Source: Octopus bimaculoides
Taxonomy: Eukaryota
Length of the DNA stretch: 47,758 nucleotides
Reading direction: 5' to 3'
Assembly (NCBI RefSeq): GCF_001194135.2
Contig: NC_068997.1
Coordinates: forward strand, 29,794,201-29,841,958
Position 1 is the stretch's first letter, and every line of letters starts with the position of its first letter. The notes under the pieces were generated by a model, which saw only the letters and a list, made by a program, of their open reading frames with translations, was not told the origin of the DNA and did no database searches. Of the stretch, positions 1-12,400 are shown piece after piece. The position numbers and the translations under genes are program-made.

Positions 1-970
1 GAAGCCAGTGTGTAAAAAAATTCATAAGGGAAATTTCTATTCCCAAGAATATAATTATTCGTTTACATATATATACATACATATATATATATATATAATA
101 AATAATATATGATATTTGGATTGTAGGGCAACATGCTGTGCTTGAGGAGTCCTATTGAGTGAAGTACATCAACATCAATATCAAAATCAAATCAAATTAC
201 AATCAAATGGAAATTGTAGTTCTGACCCCCGTGCTAGTGGCACATAAGAAGCACCATCCGAATGTGGTTGATGCCAGCACTGCCTTGACTGACTTCCGTG
301 CCAGTGGCATGTAAAAAGAACCATCTGATCGTGGTCAATGCCAGATCCTCTGGCCCCTCTGCCGGTGGTATGTACTATGTGCGTGCGCGCGCGCGAGGGT
401 GTATGTATGTATGTATGCATGTGTGTGTAAGTGTGTATCTGTATATCTGTATATATGTATGCATGTTCGTGGGTGTGTGTGTATGTATGAATGTATGCAC
501 ACACACACACAGAGGCAGGTAACTGACTTGAGATCCTTGAGATTCACTAGAATATGTTTCTGGTCAGATTGAAAGAGGAAACGAAGGGTTAGGGTGGTGG
601 TGGTGGTGGAACTGGGTGCAGCAAGAAAAGGGTCCAGGGAAATAAGAAGGGAGAAAGGTCACAAAGGTCAAATGGAGAAACTAAAATACATAGACGGTGG
701 CGGGAGGAGGTGGGGGTGGAAATGCATGACTGACCACGGTGTAAACAAGTGTCCAGCTTCATAGAAATAAATAAGAAAAAAGACTTAGTCTAAAAGATGG
801 GGATGGGAAGAAGAATCAAAGGACAGCAGGGTCCAGCATTACCATCATCATCATCATCGTCGTCGTCATCGCCGCCATCGTTGTCGTCGTCGTAGTAGTA
901 GTAATGGTGGTCATTACCCTCTCCAATGGTGGCCATCATGACTCACCCTCAAAGTTATCAATGTTACTCT

Positions 971-1134
971 AGGCGGAGGCATAGGTGTGTGGTTAATAAG
1001 CTGGTTCTATACCCAAATAGTTCTGGGTTCAGTTCCGCTACACAGCCCTTGAGTGAGTGTCTTCTACTATAGCCCTGGGCCAACTGATACCTTGTGAGAG
1101 AATTTGGAAGATGGAAACTACATGGAAGCCTGGC

Positions 1135-1140
<6 letters not shown>
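971..1140 (+). mobile_element. SINE family A (tRNA-like head + CORE-like domain), 5' half
   Basis: GTGTGTGGTTAA..GGGTTCAGTTCC..GTGTCTTCTACTATAGCC..GGAAACT..(TA/TG)n. A minus-strand family-A tail follows at ~1171-1290. Confidence 0.75.
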
Positions 1141-1168
<28 letters not shown>

Positions 1169-1435
1169 TCTTTTATTCTTTTACGTGTTTCAGTCATTTG
1201 ACTGCGGCCATGCTGGGGCACCACTTTTGGATCTATTCAATCTCAGTCACAGATTTTTTAATTAATTTTTTTACCTAAACAGTTTGAAACTCCAGATACT
1301 GGTTGAATGTCTCATGTATTCACGTAACAACACTATGACCCCAATAGGCTTCATGCGATTCTTGGAAGTGTAGTCTATTCTTAGCTACAATAGCGACAAC
1401 ATGAATTTCTTCCATCTTCTTGCTCTATTAAAATC

Positions 1436-1626
1436 ATCATCATCATTTAATGTCTATTTTCTATGCTGGCATGGGTTGGACGGTTTGACTGAGGACTGGC
1501 GAACCAGATGGCTACACCAGGCTCCAATCTGATTTGGCAGAGTTTCTACAGCTGGATGCCCTTCCTAACGCCAACCACCCCGAGAGTGTAGTGGGTGCTT
1601 TTACGTGTCACCCGCACGAAGGCCAG

Positions 1627-1628
<2 letters not shown>
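1436..1628 (-). mobile_element. SINE family C (GGAAGGGCATCC motif, (TGA)n tail), CpG-intact copy
   Basis: Minus strand CGTAAAAGCACCCACTACACTCTCGGGGTGGTTGGCGTTAGGAAGGGCATCCAGC..AACCCATGCCAGCATAG..(TGA)n. Other pieces at ~181-372, 2316-2462, 16862-16935, 18775-18860 and 40197-40300. Confidence 0.75.
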
Positions 1629-1688
<60 letters not shown>

Positions 1689-1792
1689 CAATGTTTTAAG
1701 AGTAAAGAATAAAAAAAAAAATATCACATCATGGATCAATAAGTTGCTGTGATTGATTGAGGAGTTAACATAATGAAAATCATTCAGCTGTG

Positions 1793-2108
1793 ACCATCAT
1801 TGTTTTAATTCTCATTTCTCCATGCTTGCATGGGTCAGATAGAATTCACTGAAGTTTCTATGGCTGGACAGGCTTCCTGTTGTCAACTCAACTGTTTCTT
1901 AGCAAAGTATTATCTCCCTGTGGCTGGACATGTTTCCATAGAAGACTGGAGATAAACAACACTGCTTGTATGATGGTGACACTAGTTTACAACTATTACA
2001 CAATGTGAAGACAAGATGACACACAGACACATAGATATGTATACAATGGACTTCTTTCAGTTTCCATCTACCAAATCCATTCTCAAGGCTTTGGTCTGCT
2101 CAGGGTTA
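1793..2108 (-). mobile_element. SINE family A, body/tail type 2
   Basis: Ends in CCCATGCAAGCATGG..(TGA)n on the minus strand. Confidence 0.65.
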
Positions 2109-2110
2109 CC

Positions 2111-2311
2111 ACACTGGACATGTGAAGGCTTGAAAGAAATGAAGCCAGTATACTTCACTGGATGTGCAATGTCAGTGTGCATGAGTGATAGAGTGTAAGT
2201 GTCTTGAGGGAAAAACTGGGCATAAGAGGCATCAGATGTGGTGTGCAAGAGAGACGACTGCACTGGTATGGTCAGGTGATGTGTATGGATGAGGACAGAT
2301 GTGTAAAGAAG
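2111..2311 (+). mobile_element. RTE-clade LINE fragment (C-terminal RT region), pseudogenised
   Basis: Translates as LDM*RLERNEASILHWMCNVSVHE**SVSVLREKLGIRGIRCGVQERRLHWYGQVMCMDEDRCVKK, matching the RTE R(L)RW(F/Y)GH(V)MRM motif region. Confidence 0.85.
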
Positions 2312-2814
2312 AACTGGTTGGAGTGGTTGGCATTAGGAAGGGCATCTAGCCATAGATAACCATGTTAAATCAGACAGGAGTTTGTTGCAGCCTTCCAACG
2401 TGCCAGCCAAGTCGAACCATCCAACCCATCTAACAGACAATAAATGATGATGATGATGATGAATGTGGGTGAATAAGGATTACATTGGAAAGGATAATCC
2501 GAATGCTAAGGGATAATCTGAATGGTAAAGGGTTAAGGTTTGGTATTTGGAGCATTTATAGGTTTTATCTTTTATATGAAAGGGAAAATTAGTTTACATG
2601 TCTTAAGATTAGCTCTAGTTATCCCTGAGACATTAACCCTGAGCCTAGATTTAAATTTTGGTGTTCAAATGGAGAGATATAAATTAAAGGGGACACATCC
2701 CCACCCCACTGTTAACAGCCAGACACAGGAAAATTATTTAATTTAATTTTATTGAAGAGATGTGTAGCTATGGAAGTATGTAAGTAGAATAGTTTGTGTG
2801 AATGTGACTAAATT

Positions 2815-4294
2815 TAAGAATGTATGTATATATGTATGTGTGTGTGTATGTCAATATGTATGTATGTATGTATGTAGGTAGGTAGGAAGGAATGTATGTG
2901 TGTGTATGTATGTGTAAGAAAGAAAATGCTATTTCTTGCTGTCTTTCATCGAAAGGAAGAACAATACTAAAGAATTGAGTCTTTGAGACTTTGAAGAGAA
3001 TCAATTTAGAAAAATTCAAGTCTCACTCTTTAAAAGACTATCATATAATACACACACACACACACACGCGCGTGTGCACACACACACACACACGCGTGCA
3101 CACACACACACACGCGCATACACTCACTCGTGTAAAAACATACATACATATATATATATATGTATATATATTCATACGTTATACATATGTAATATGTATA
3201 TACATACACACAAACATACATTATGCATAACCACACACATACACACAAATACAAAAGAAAAACAAAGCAAAACTATAGAAAGAAGAGAGAAAAAAAAAGA
3301 CGTGCAATCAATAGTTTGAGTTTTAGAAAGGATATATTGCTTGCGTTTTAATCGATACGAAGCAGTACAGGAAGTTATACGTGGGGAATTACCAAAGTGC
3401 ACAGCAGTGTTGGTGTGGGTATGTGGCTGTGTGTGTGTGTGCGTGTGCGTGTGTGTGTCTGATGAACGATTCATTCTGTATAGGCATGTTACAATACATA
3501 TGTACGTAAGTGTACCTATGTGAGCGCGCGCGTGTGTGTATGTATATATATGTATATATATATATGTCTGTCTGTCTGTCTGCTGGAAGATTCAATGTGT
3601 GTATGGCATGTAAGTATGCAGTTATACATGTGCGTGTTTGTGTGTGTGTGTTTGTGCGTGTATGTATGTGAGTGTGTATGAGAGAGAGAGAGAGAGAGGG
3701 AGAGAGAGAGTGCGTGTGTGTGTGTGTGTATGTGTGTGTGTAATTTTGTGTATATATGTATACCTTATGAAAAAGTCTGTGTGGATATGAAGTGCTAAAC
3801 GTGTTTGCATTATTTATTGAATGTTTGTGTCTTCAGGTAGACTGTATGTGCGTGCATGTGTGTGTGCGTGCGTGTGTGTGAGTGTGTGTGTGTGTGTGTG
3901 CTCGCGCGCGTGTGTGTGTGTAGTTTGAAAAATGTGTCTGTGATGGATTTCGTGTGGGTGTATGAATGCTGTGAATGCATGTGTGATTTGTAGTTGTAAT
4001 GAATGTGCAGAGGTATGTGCATTTTATGACAGAGTGGATAAAACTTGTGTATCTACGAGTGTATATACGTAAATGTTTATGTGTGTATACGTGTTTGTAG
4101 AATGGAATTAGTGTATATAAGTGCTTTAAGGGCGTATCTTCATGCTTGTATATGTGTGTTGTGTGAACATGTATGCGTCTTTGTCTATTGGTATGTAAAA
4201 CCATATGTATGTATAAATATGGGTTATGATTAAATTAGTGTAGGTGTGTAGGGTAGCTGTAAAGGTGTATATATATATATATATATATATATAT
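2815..4294. repeat. Compound microsatellite field ((TG)n/(CA)n/(TA)n/(TATG)n/(GA)n)
   Basis: Direct reading. Similar fields at 4574-5090, 7570-7700, 26250-26280, 31770-31812, 41770-42230, 42400-42720 and 46420-46680. Confidence 0.9.
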
Positions 4295-4573
4295 NNNNNN
4301 NNNNNNNNNNNNNNNNNNNNNNNNNNNNNNNNNNNNNNNNNNNNNNNNNNNNNNNNNNNNNNNNNNNNNNNNNNNNNNNNNNNNNNNNNNNNNNNNNNNN
4401 NNNNNNNNNNNNNNNNNNNNNNNNNNNNNNNNNNNNNNNNNNNNNNNNNNNNNNNNNNNNNNNNNNNNNNNNNNNNNNNNNNNNNNNNNNNNNNNNNNNN
4501 NNNNNNNNNNNNNNNNNNNNNNNNNNNNNNNNNNNNNNNNNNNNNNNNNNNNNNNNNNNNNNNNNNNNNNNNN
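4295..4573. other. Assembly gap (N)
   Basis: Other gaps at 7808-8340, 20102-20222, 29596-29744, 42076-42085 and 42923-43382. Confidence 1.
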
Positions 4574-5051
4574 ATATATATATATAAAGTAATGGGAATA
4601 CATATATGTATATGTGTATATACATGTGCAACATACAAACATGTGTAAGTGTGTGGGTGGGTGGGTGGAATAAGCTTATGAAAGACTGTTGTAATGTAAG
4701 TACATGTATGTATATGTATGTATATATACATGTATGTATATATACATGTATGTATATGCGTTATGTTTCTTTTTGTTGGTTCTATATAAATATACTTGTA
4801 TGTAGTCATATGAGAAATGTGTTTATGTTGAGTATAATTGTATATATCTGAGAATAAGAGGGTAGTGGGGGTGGGGTGGAGAAGAAAGACTGGAAATATG
4901 TCTGTGGATCTCTGGGTACATAAATGTGTGTGTGTGTGTGTGTTTGTGTTTGTGTGAATGTGAATATAAAAGTTCGTACATATGTGTGTATGTTTTTATG
5001 CGTATGTATGTATGTACATTATTAAAAGTATGTATGCATGCATGCATGTTT

Positions 5052-5083
<32 letters not shown>

Positions 5084-5368
5084 TCTCTTTCTCTTTTTAA
5101 TTCAGAATAAATGTTGACTGGTCACCCATTTGGCAGCAAGGTCGAGAAGGAAAACATCTTGCTTTATTCATCCTCCTTTGAATCTTAAGAAGGTTTTCTA
5201 AATTTTTAATGTCCCCGATATATATGTGTGTACGCGTGTGTGTGTGAAAGCCCAAATTAATTTTGATGACTGATGGTGCAATTGAAATATGGGTTACTAA
5301 CATTAAATGACTGGAAGATATATATACAAACTATGGTTATGTATATCGGTCTGTTTCACCATTTGTCT

Positions 5369-5547
5369 TTGGTTTCAAGACAAATGGTGTTCTTCCATCA
5401 GAATAATGCTTGGCTACATACGACGAAGATGACATTCCAAAGGCTGGAGCATTTTGAATGGGAAACGATGCCCCATTCCACAGTCTTCAAAATCATTTGG
5501 ATGGAAAAAATATGAATCCTGTAGACGAGGTCAGAACTGTACTGGAG
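5369..5547 (+). mobile_element. Mariner (Tc1/mariner) transposase fragment
   Basis: LVSRQMVFFHQNNAWLHTTKMTFQRLEHFEWETMPH, then a frameshift to FHSLQNHLDGKNMNPVDEVRTVLE. This matches mariner HHDNARPHT...W(E)VLPH...F.SLQN.L with the YSPDLAPSD segment deleted. Confidence 0.85.
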
Positions 5548-5548
5548 G

Positions 5549-5690
5549 CGCTGCCACACAATTTCCATCTACTAAATTCACTCACAAGGTCAGCCCAGGG
5601 CCATTGTAGAAAACACTTCTCAAAGTGTCACACAATGGGACTGAACTCAAAACTCAAAACCAAGCTTCTTAACCACACAGCCATACACCT
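5549..5690 (-). mobile_element. SINE family A head abutting the mariner fragment
   Basis: Reverse complement of the family head/CORE-like region. Further plus-strand pieces at ~5876-5945, 6250-6345 and 6360-6515. Confidence 0.7.
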
Positions 5691-5957
5691 GCACCTATTG
5701 AAATATATTTATTCCATTTTTTTTTAAAGGTAGCAAATTGTTTTTTTAAAATTTGGTTTTCTGTGCTCAAATCCTACTGAGGTTAAACATTATCTTTCAT
5801 CGTTTTTAGTTGATAACTGAAGAACCCATCCAGGGCTGTGGGTAGACAGAATTGTTAGAGAATGGAACAAGGGGGCAAGGCATGGCTGTGTGGCTTGGAA
5901 ATTCATTTTGCAGCCCCTTTGCATTTTGGGGGTCAACCTCCACCCGTAGCATCTTAA

Positions 5958-6159
5958 CCCTTCAGCATTCAAATTACTCAATCAATTATAATGCTTTGTT
6001 AATCACTTTGTTTGGAATTAATCATGCCTCACCCCATAGCTTCAAGTGTCTGATGATGCAGTAGTTTATTTTTAGAATGACATTGTAGGGTAGGTGTGAG
6101 AGGATGGATCTGGTCACTTTCAACATGGGTTGGATATGGCTGGTTGAAATGTTAAAGAG
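5958..6159 (+). mobile_element. piggyBac-type MITE copy
   Basis: Starts TTAA|CCCTTCAGCATTC and shares the internal AGAATGACATTGTAGGGTAGGTGTGAGAGG. Confidence 0.7.
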
Positions 6160-7044
6160 TGTCTTCTGTTATAGCCCTGAGGTGACCAATGTCTTGTAAA
6201 TTAATTTAGTGGAAGGAAACTGCATGGGAGTCTTTTATATATGCATAGACAACTGGTGTTGGTTTGTTTATGTTCCTGTAACGTAGCAGCTGAGCAAATG
6301 AGCTTGATGAACTGAGTATGAGACTAAAAAAAAGGAATATGTACTGAGTTCAGTTTCCTTAGCTGTGAGGTAAGAAGCTTGCTTCCCAACCACATGGTCC
6401 CAGGTTCAGTCCCACTGTGTGGCACCTTGGGCAAGTGTCTTCCGCTATGGCATCAGACTAACCAAAACCTTGTGAGTGGATTTGCTAGATGGAAACTGAA
6501 AGAAATTTGTTGTGTATATACATAAAATGCCACATAAAATGCAAAGTAATTTTTCGTTAAGGCCATTCAAAAAGTTTTGAAGACTGTAGGTTGCTCATGA
6601 TTAGTCTTATGGGCATTGTTGAATCTGCTAGAAATAACAGCTAAATTTTCTTCAAATAACACTACACTGTTTTGAAAAGGGGGAATTCGTTACGATCATG
6701 ATGTAGTCCTATATATGCAGTGCCTGAGAGAAAGACGTGATGATCATAGTTGCAACGCTTTTGATCATAAACCTGCTTACTCAGAGCTGACCTAGGGCTA
6801 AAGGATAGCAATACAGTTTGGTAGACAGATTAGTTTAGATTGAATATCTTGACCAAGAGCTTAATATGGTTTAATGATCGGGAGATAGAAACCAACGACC
6901 TCACAGCTGGTTGTGGGATAACCTAGCAACACGAAAATACGTGCTGTCTGATATTTAAGAAAGGAAACCAAATGCGAAAGGAGACAGCGATATCAGCAGC
7001 AGCAGCAATACCAACAATATGAGCAAAACGGAGATTCTTATACC

Positions 7045-7240
7045 GCCGTTCGACTTGCTAGAAATAGAAGCAGATCTCCCTCACATCACTGCCGACTTTC
7101 TGCAAACTGATATTTAGGATAATGTCGCCCTGGATATATTATAAGTTTGAACAAAGACGGGACGGTCATGGCTGGAATATTTTTGATCATAGGGTCGCTA
7201 GATCACCGCTGACCTGGACAACACTACACACGACAACAGC
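7045..7240 (+). mobile_element. Repeat/SINE family D ((AAC)n-type tail)
   Basis: CGTTCGACTTGCTAGAAATAG..GGTCATGGCTGGAAT..GATCATAGG..GCTGACCTGG..ACAAC. Related copies at ~6595-6815(+), 11060-11210(+), 13825-13900(+), 14560-14910(-), 36340-36500(-) and 40895-41130(-). Confidence 0.65.
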
Positions 7241-7733
7241 GTCAAATATTGTAATTATATAATAATAAAATGCGATTTTTTAAACTTGACTTTCTTCGTC
7301 TCTTTCTTTGCACCCCTCCACACGCACCTGTTCTTCACAGCTTCAGTATATTAATGTTGTGTGGAGATAAAAGAAAATAATTAAATAAATAAAATGTTAT
7401 TTGGATTGGATCTAATGTAAGAATCAATAGAATTACCAAATTATGTAACAACTTCTCGGTTTTCCTGTTGATTGCATAATTTGTTGTTTTTGTTGTTATT
7501 TACAAGAGGGTATTTTTTTATACCCTCCTCTCGCGCTACCAGGAATAATGGTTCAGGTACTGTCTGTTGGAATTACTATTATCACTACTACTACCACCAC
7601 CACCGCGGCCACCACCACCACCACTATTATGACGACGATAATAACGATCATCACCGCCACCACCATCACCCCCCCCGTCGCCGCCGCCTTCGCTGCTACA
7701 ACTAATGCTGCAGCTGATGTTTCTCTATCTCAG

Positions 7734-7766
7734 AAAAAGGATATCATCTCTTGCTGCGGAGAGAAG
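7734..7766 (+). CDS. Candidate 33-nt exon
   Basis: CTGAT branch-like motif, TTTCTCTATCTCAG acceptor, AAG|GTACTG donor; open in all three frames. Confidence 0.2.
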
Positions 7767-8599
7767 GTACTGTATATATATGTGTGTGCGTGCGTATGTA
7801 TATGTTANNNNNNNNNNNNNNNNNNNNNNNNNNNNNNNNNNNNNNNNNNNNNNNNNNNNNNNNNNNNNNNNNNNNNNNNNNNNNNNNNNNNNNNNNNNNN
7901 NNNNNNNNNNNNNNNNNNNNNNNNNNNNNNNNNNNNNNNNNNNNNNNNNNNNNNNNNNNNNNNNNNNNNNNNNNNNNNNNNNNNNNNNNNNNNNNNNNNN
8001 NNNNNNNNNNNNNNNNNNNNNNNNNNNNNNNNNNNNNNNNNNNNNNNNNNNNNNNNNNNNNNNNNNNNNNNNNNNNNNNNNNNNNNNNNNNNNNNNNNNN
8101 NNNNNNNNNNNNNNNNNNNNNNNNNNNNNNNNNNNNNNNNNNNNNNNNNNNNNNNNNNNNNNNNNNNNNNNNNNNNNNNNNNNNNNNNNNNNNNNNNNNN
8201 NNNNNNNNNNNNNNNNNNNNNNNNNNNNNNNNNNNNNNNNNNNNNNNNNNNNNNNNNNNNNNNNNNNNNNNNNNNNNNNNNNNNNNNNNNNNNNNNNNNN
8301 NNNNNNNNNNNNNNNNNNNNNNNNNNNNNNNNNNNNNNNNAACACCGATTTCGATTCTCCTTCCTAGATGAAGCAGGTAGGTAAGTGATGCTGCTGTTAT
8401 TATTGTTGTTGTTACACTTTTTCATCCATAATAGGTGGCTTCACCATTCAAATTTCAGCTCGGCTCCACTACCGACATAAGCCTTTTTTACCGTTACCTT
8501 TAATAATTAGTAGCAGGTTGAATGTTATCATACCTATCCTACGAACGTATATTTAAAAACAAAACAAAAAAAACCCCTATAAATTTTGTTTCATCATCA

Positions 8600-9450
8600 T
8601 CATCATCACCTGCAGTGTGCGCCGTAGAGCAGAGGTAAACTGCCCCGGCGAGTCGACATTCTTACCCGGTTTCGATTCCCACTCACGCCGCTAACACTTA
8701 GCAATGAGCTATGTGAACGTTGCACAATCTCATTTGCTTTCTTCTATAAATATGAAGTCTTGAGTTTCGTCAGAAGAAATTGTCGATCTTATCATTGAAT
8801 CAACAGTGGCCATATTGTCTTTAAAAAAAGAAAAAGAAAACAAAAGCATTAATTACTCGTAACGTAGTTAAGATGAGAAGTTTTGATGTAAATTAATTAT
8901 CTTTCTTAATAGCATTTACCTATTTTCACCTGAATCGAATGTTCGATCCAGGTGTTCTTACAGAATGATTCCACTCCAAATCGCCATTGCTTTTTTTTTT
9001 TTTCGAGATTCTTTCGACGTTTTGATGATAAAGAAAGAAAAAAGTTGTTACGTGATATAAATTTATTTTATCTTGCAATGACACGATCCTGTAGGAATAC
9101 TTCGAACCACGTATCATTCTGTGAGATAGACTGTCTGCTCCAACCCTGCAGCATCCGTTCATCATTAACTTAGTTTTTTTTTTTTCTATTTTAAAAACAC
9201 TTGATGAAAGAAAAAAAATATGACGAAGCGATCTTTAATAAATGTTACTGCTGTAAAAAAGACATGTCCAGACGTTGACGATCATTGACAAGTGTAGGTT
9301 TTAAAAGACAGTCCTCTTTCTTTCGTTAATCAACTTTCCTAATTACTTTATTTATTTAGTGTTATTAATCTCTCTCTAACGGTATCTCACACTTCCTGTT
9401 TGTTTTCAACATGGCTGACTGTTAATTACAGGTGAATCTGCAGGTACTTG
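8600..9450. promoter_or_regulatory. Candidate (bidirectional) promoter / first-exon region
   Basis: CpG-rich. Minus-strand donors CGG|GTAAGA (exon end 8666) and GGC|GTGAGT (8687). Plus-strand ETS-like ACTTCCTGT at 9391, YY1-like AACATGGC at 9408, and donors CAG|GTGAAT (9432) and CAG|GTACTT (9444). Confidence 0.3.
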
Positions 9451-12400
9451 CAAATAACTTACCACTCATAATATACAGGTTAGTTCAACCAAACTATGTA
9501 TGCACAAGGAGTTTGTCAGAGCTGATATTTTTCTTTTCTTTGAAAAATATCGAAAAAGAATTTAAGCTTGATTTCACGTATATTTGTATAATTTCTTAGA
9601 GATTTCATATATTTTCGTTTTATTACCTTCTGTTGCACTAAAGTTTTCTCTTTAAAAATATTTGCTAAGGTTTTTTTTTTTATCGTTGCTTCCTTAAAAA
9701 AAAATGGTCATTGTTACTTAATATGCACATAGCTCATTTAAGCACGTATGAACAATATGCGTAAAATGTTAGCTGCAATCTTTGTGCATAGAATCATTAT
9801 TACACATGCATGCACGCGTGCATCCTGCATGCGTGCAGCTTTTAACTTATGTAACTGATATCTGTGTTTCTCTTCGGTTTCACTTGTCTTCGTTCGTGCA
9901 GCCTATTTTTTTTTTAGGTAAAATGCTGAGACGTCCTTTTCTCGATTTCTTTGATATTTGCCCAAACTTCGAAAAAGTTTTTTTATATGGAAAACATATA
10001 TATAAAATATACACACAAATGTGTAATATATATATGTGTATATATAGTGTATGCGTTTACAGACATATTTACGGCCGGCATTCACCACGTGGAATATGGC
10101 AAGGGCTTGTTTCTTTGCCAACAAATTCCAGTGATCTAACATTATACTTTTTCTCCTACTTATACACACACACACACACAGTCCCATCTCTCTCACACAC
10201 GCTTTCGTTATTAGAAAGCGAGTTTGGTGTAATGTCATATTGTTCTTCGTTTACCTTTTATAAGAAATGCGTAGCCATTTCTGAAGCATCTCATTCGTTC
10301 GTCTACCTGTAAACCTCAGATGTGTGTATATTTGCACACACGTCGATGCACATTATAATATGCATATATGTGTGTGTTGCTCGGTAAATTTTCTCTAGCA
10401 GTAGACACAAGGGTCAAGTATTCAATAAGATTTGTGTTACAATAATGTGTGTATGTGATGTATTTACTAGAGCGATGTATGTTTTTTTTTTTGTATTATC
10501 AACAGATAACCTCCTGGCGCCCTTCTTATTTTCCAACAGTTAATTTTTATTTTCATTCAGTGAAACCACGCTGTTTTAGCTAGCTACTGCTGATTTTTAT
10601 ATAGTATACATAGTATAGTAGCTTGCTTTCTCAACACCTTAACTTAAAATCATTCATAAAAATAAGCTGATGGCCAGTTCCTGTTCGCAGAATAATCACC
10701 CCCGTTCTCTTTTTCCACTCTTTATTTATTTTTTTATTTACTTGTGAAACTTGTGAATGTTCAGTTTTTACTAGTATGCTAAACAAACTACTATTTACAC
10801 ACACATGTTACTTATATACACGCCAGAGTTCGTCGCCGTTCAAAACTTAACGTCTTGTCTCGGTTTCTAGGAAAATAGTTTAGTTACTTTAAAGCTCTCC
10901 AAAAAAGCCTGAGGTGGACTAGCGTCTAATCCAGCGTATAGAAGTGGAATTCTGTCTTTATAATAAAACTGAACTGATGTTTTAGGTGCCCTTGGATTTC
11001 GCGAAACATTGTCTGTGTATGACATAGCAATTTTATTTGACGAAGCGGGGAGGGAACCAGACGGTCGTTCGACTTGCCAGAAGTAGCAGTTAAATTCCTT
11101 GATCACCTCCAGCTATTGGTTAATGACCTGGAATATTGAAAATATGGAATGGTCATGGCTGGAACACTAATTATTACAAGCCTGCTGAATCGGGATCAAA
11201 CAACGACATGGTCACAAAGTCCGCGACACAGCTCATGGAGCCTGTTGCATCGATTACACGTACACAAGCAGTATATTACTGGTTATGGCATATAACTGTC
11301 CCAATGTTACCGTCAGTTTCGCGCCGACCATTGCACTGTGCAATGTTGATGACGATTCAGACATGCTTAGAAATGTGTGTATGTATGGATGCATAATCTT
11401 GATTTAATCATATGTCTGCGTAAAATAGATCATCTCTGTTATGTCAGCTGCTTCTTTTCAAACTTTGTTACATACTTTCTTTCTATTATTACCATTGAGC
11501 ACAGGGGTCGATGTAACCGACTCATCCCCTCTCCCAAAATTGCTGTCCTTGTGGCAAAATTTGCAACCATAATAACAATAACAACAACGATAGTCTGTCT
11601 AGTTTACATTAATGCGTTGAAAATTTGAATCCTCCTACCTATATTTGTATATTCGTGCGCAAATGAAATTGCGTACACACTTATTTCATTCGGGAAATAA
11701 TTACTATATACTCATTTTCTAAGCATGTGAATACATTTTTATTCTTAGCTTACTCCTACTTCTGTTAATTACTATTATATCCATAGAATATGCTGGCTCA
11801 AGTTCTAAATCTGTCGTTCAGTTCTATAAATAAATAAACAGTAATGACACTGATTTCTTTTGGGTAGACACAACGTCAATTTTGATAGCGAGTACAGCTG
11901 CTTACATATTTTCACAGTATATTACTGGTATTTATTGTACATCAACCCCGTTATTCTGCTCTTTGCTCTTGTCTGCTGATAGCAAGGGAAGGTCTTATTT
12001 ATGTAACGTTCTGGCTTTTCTCAAGGGGTTCAGACATGTTTTGTTGTTGCCGATGATTTCAGAACGTGTCTCGACCCTATTAATTAATTAATTGCTCCCA
12101 ATTTAGGCGCAGACCAGTAATTTTGAGAGGAAGCGTTAGACCCGGTACTTCTTTTTATTCAAGGGACGAACAGCGCTCGGCGTGATCTGAATAATAATAA
12201 TAATAATTGTATCTAAAAAGCACTAAAAGTACAAATTACAAAGGGTGAGAAGATAAATGAACATTTGGGGATGATTTGAGACTGCTTTTATCGATCTCGG
12301 TCAAAAGGACTTAAAACATTGTTTGTCGTTCTATTAATTCTAATTTCATTGATTTAAAATTCGTCCATCCCCATTTGAGTGTTTTAGGTCCGTATACATA

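Noticed and set aside
2111-2462. RTE fragment plus family C tail as a single LINE 3' end proving the SINE partner
   Set aside because: The RTE ORF normally continues beyond CVKK, so the junction looks like a truncation with a separate insertion.
187-5117. Many 60-230 aa ORFs rich in H/T/Y/I/C/V or X
   Set aside because: They are translations of (CA)n/(TA)n/(TG)n microsatellites and N-gaps; the same applies at 7548-8425, 19995-20326, 29526-29903 and 42007-43440.
7341-7395. Strong plus-strand acceptor followed by AATAAA
   Set aside because: All frames stop within 13 codons and no upstream exon could be linked, so it is unsupported as a terminal exon.
8610-8695. tRNA-like or HDV-like RNA (GGTTTCGATTCCC, GC-rich)
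   Set aside because: I could not build a cloverleaf or a nested double pseudoknot.
10867-11106. 79-aa minus ORF with a protein-like look
   Set aside because: Its 5' part overlaps a family D repeat (11060-11210), there is no recognisable domain, and this length is expected by chance.
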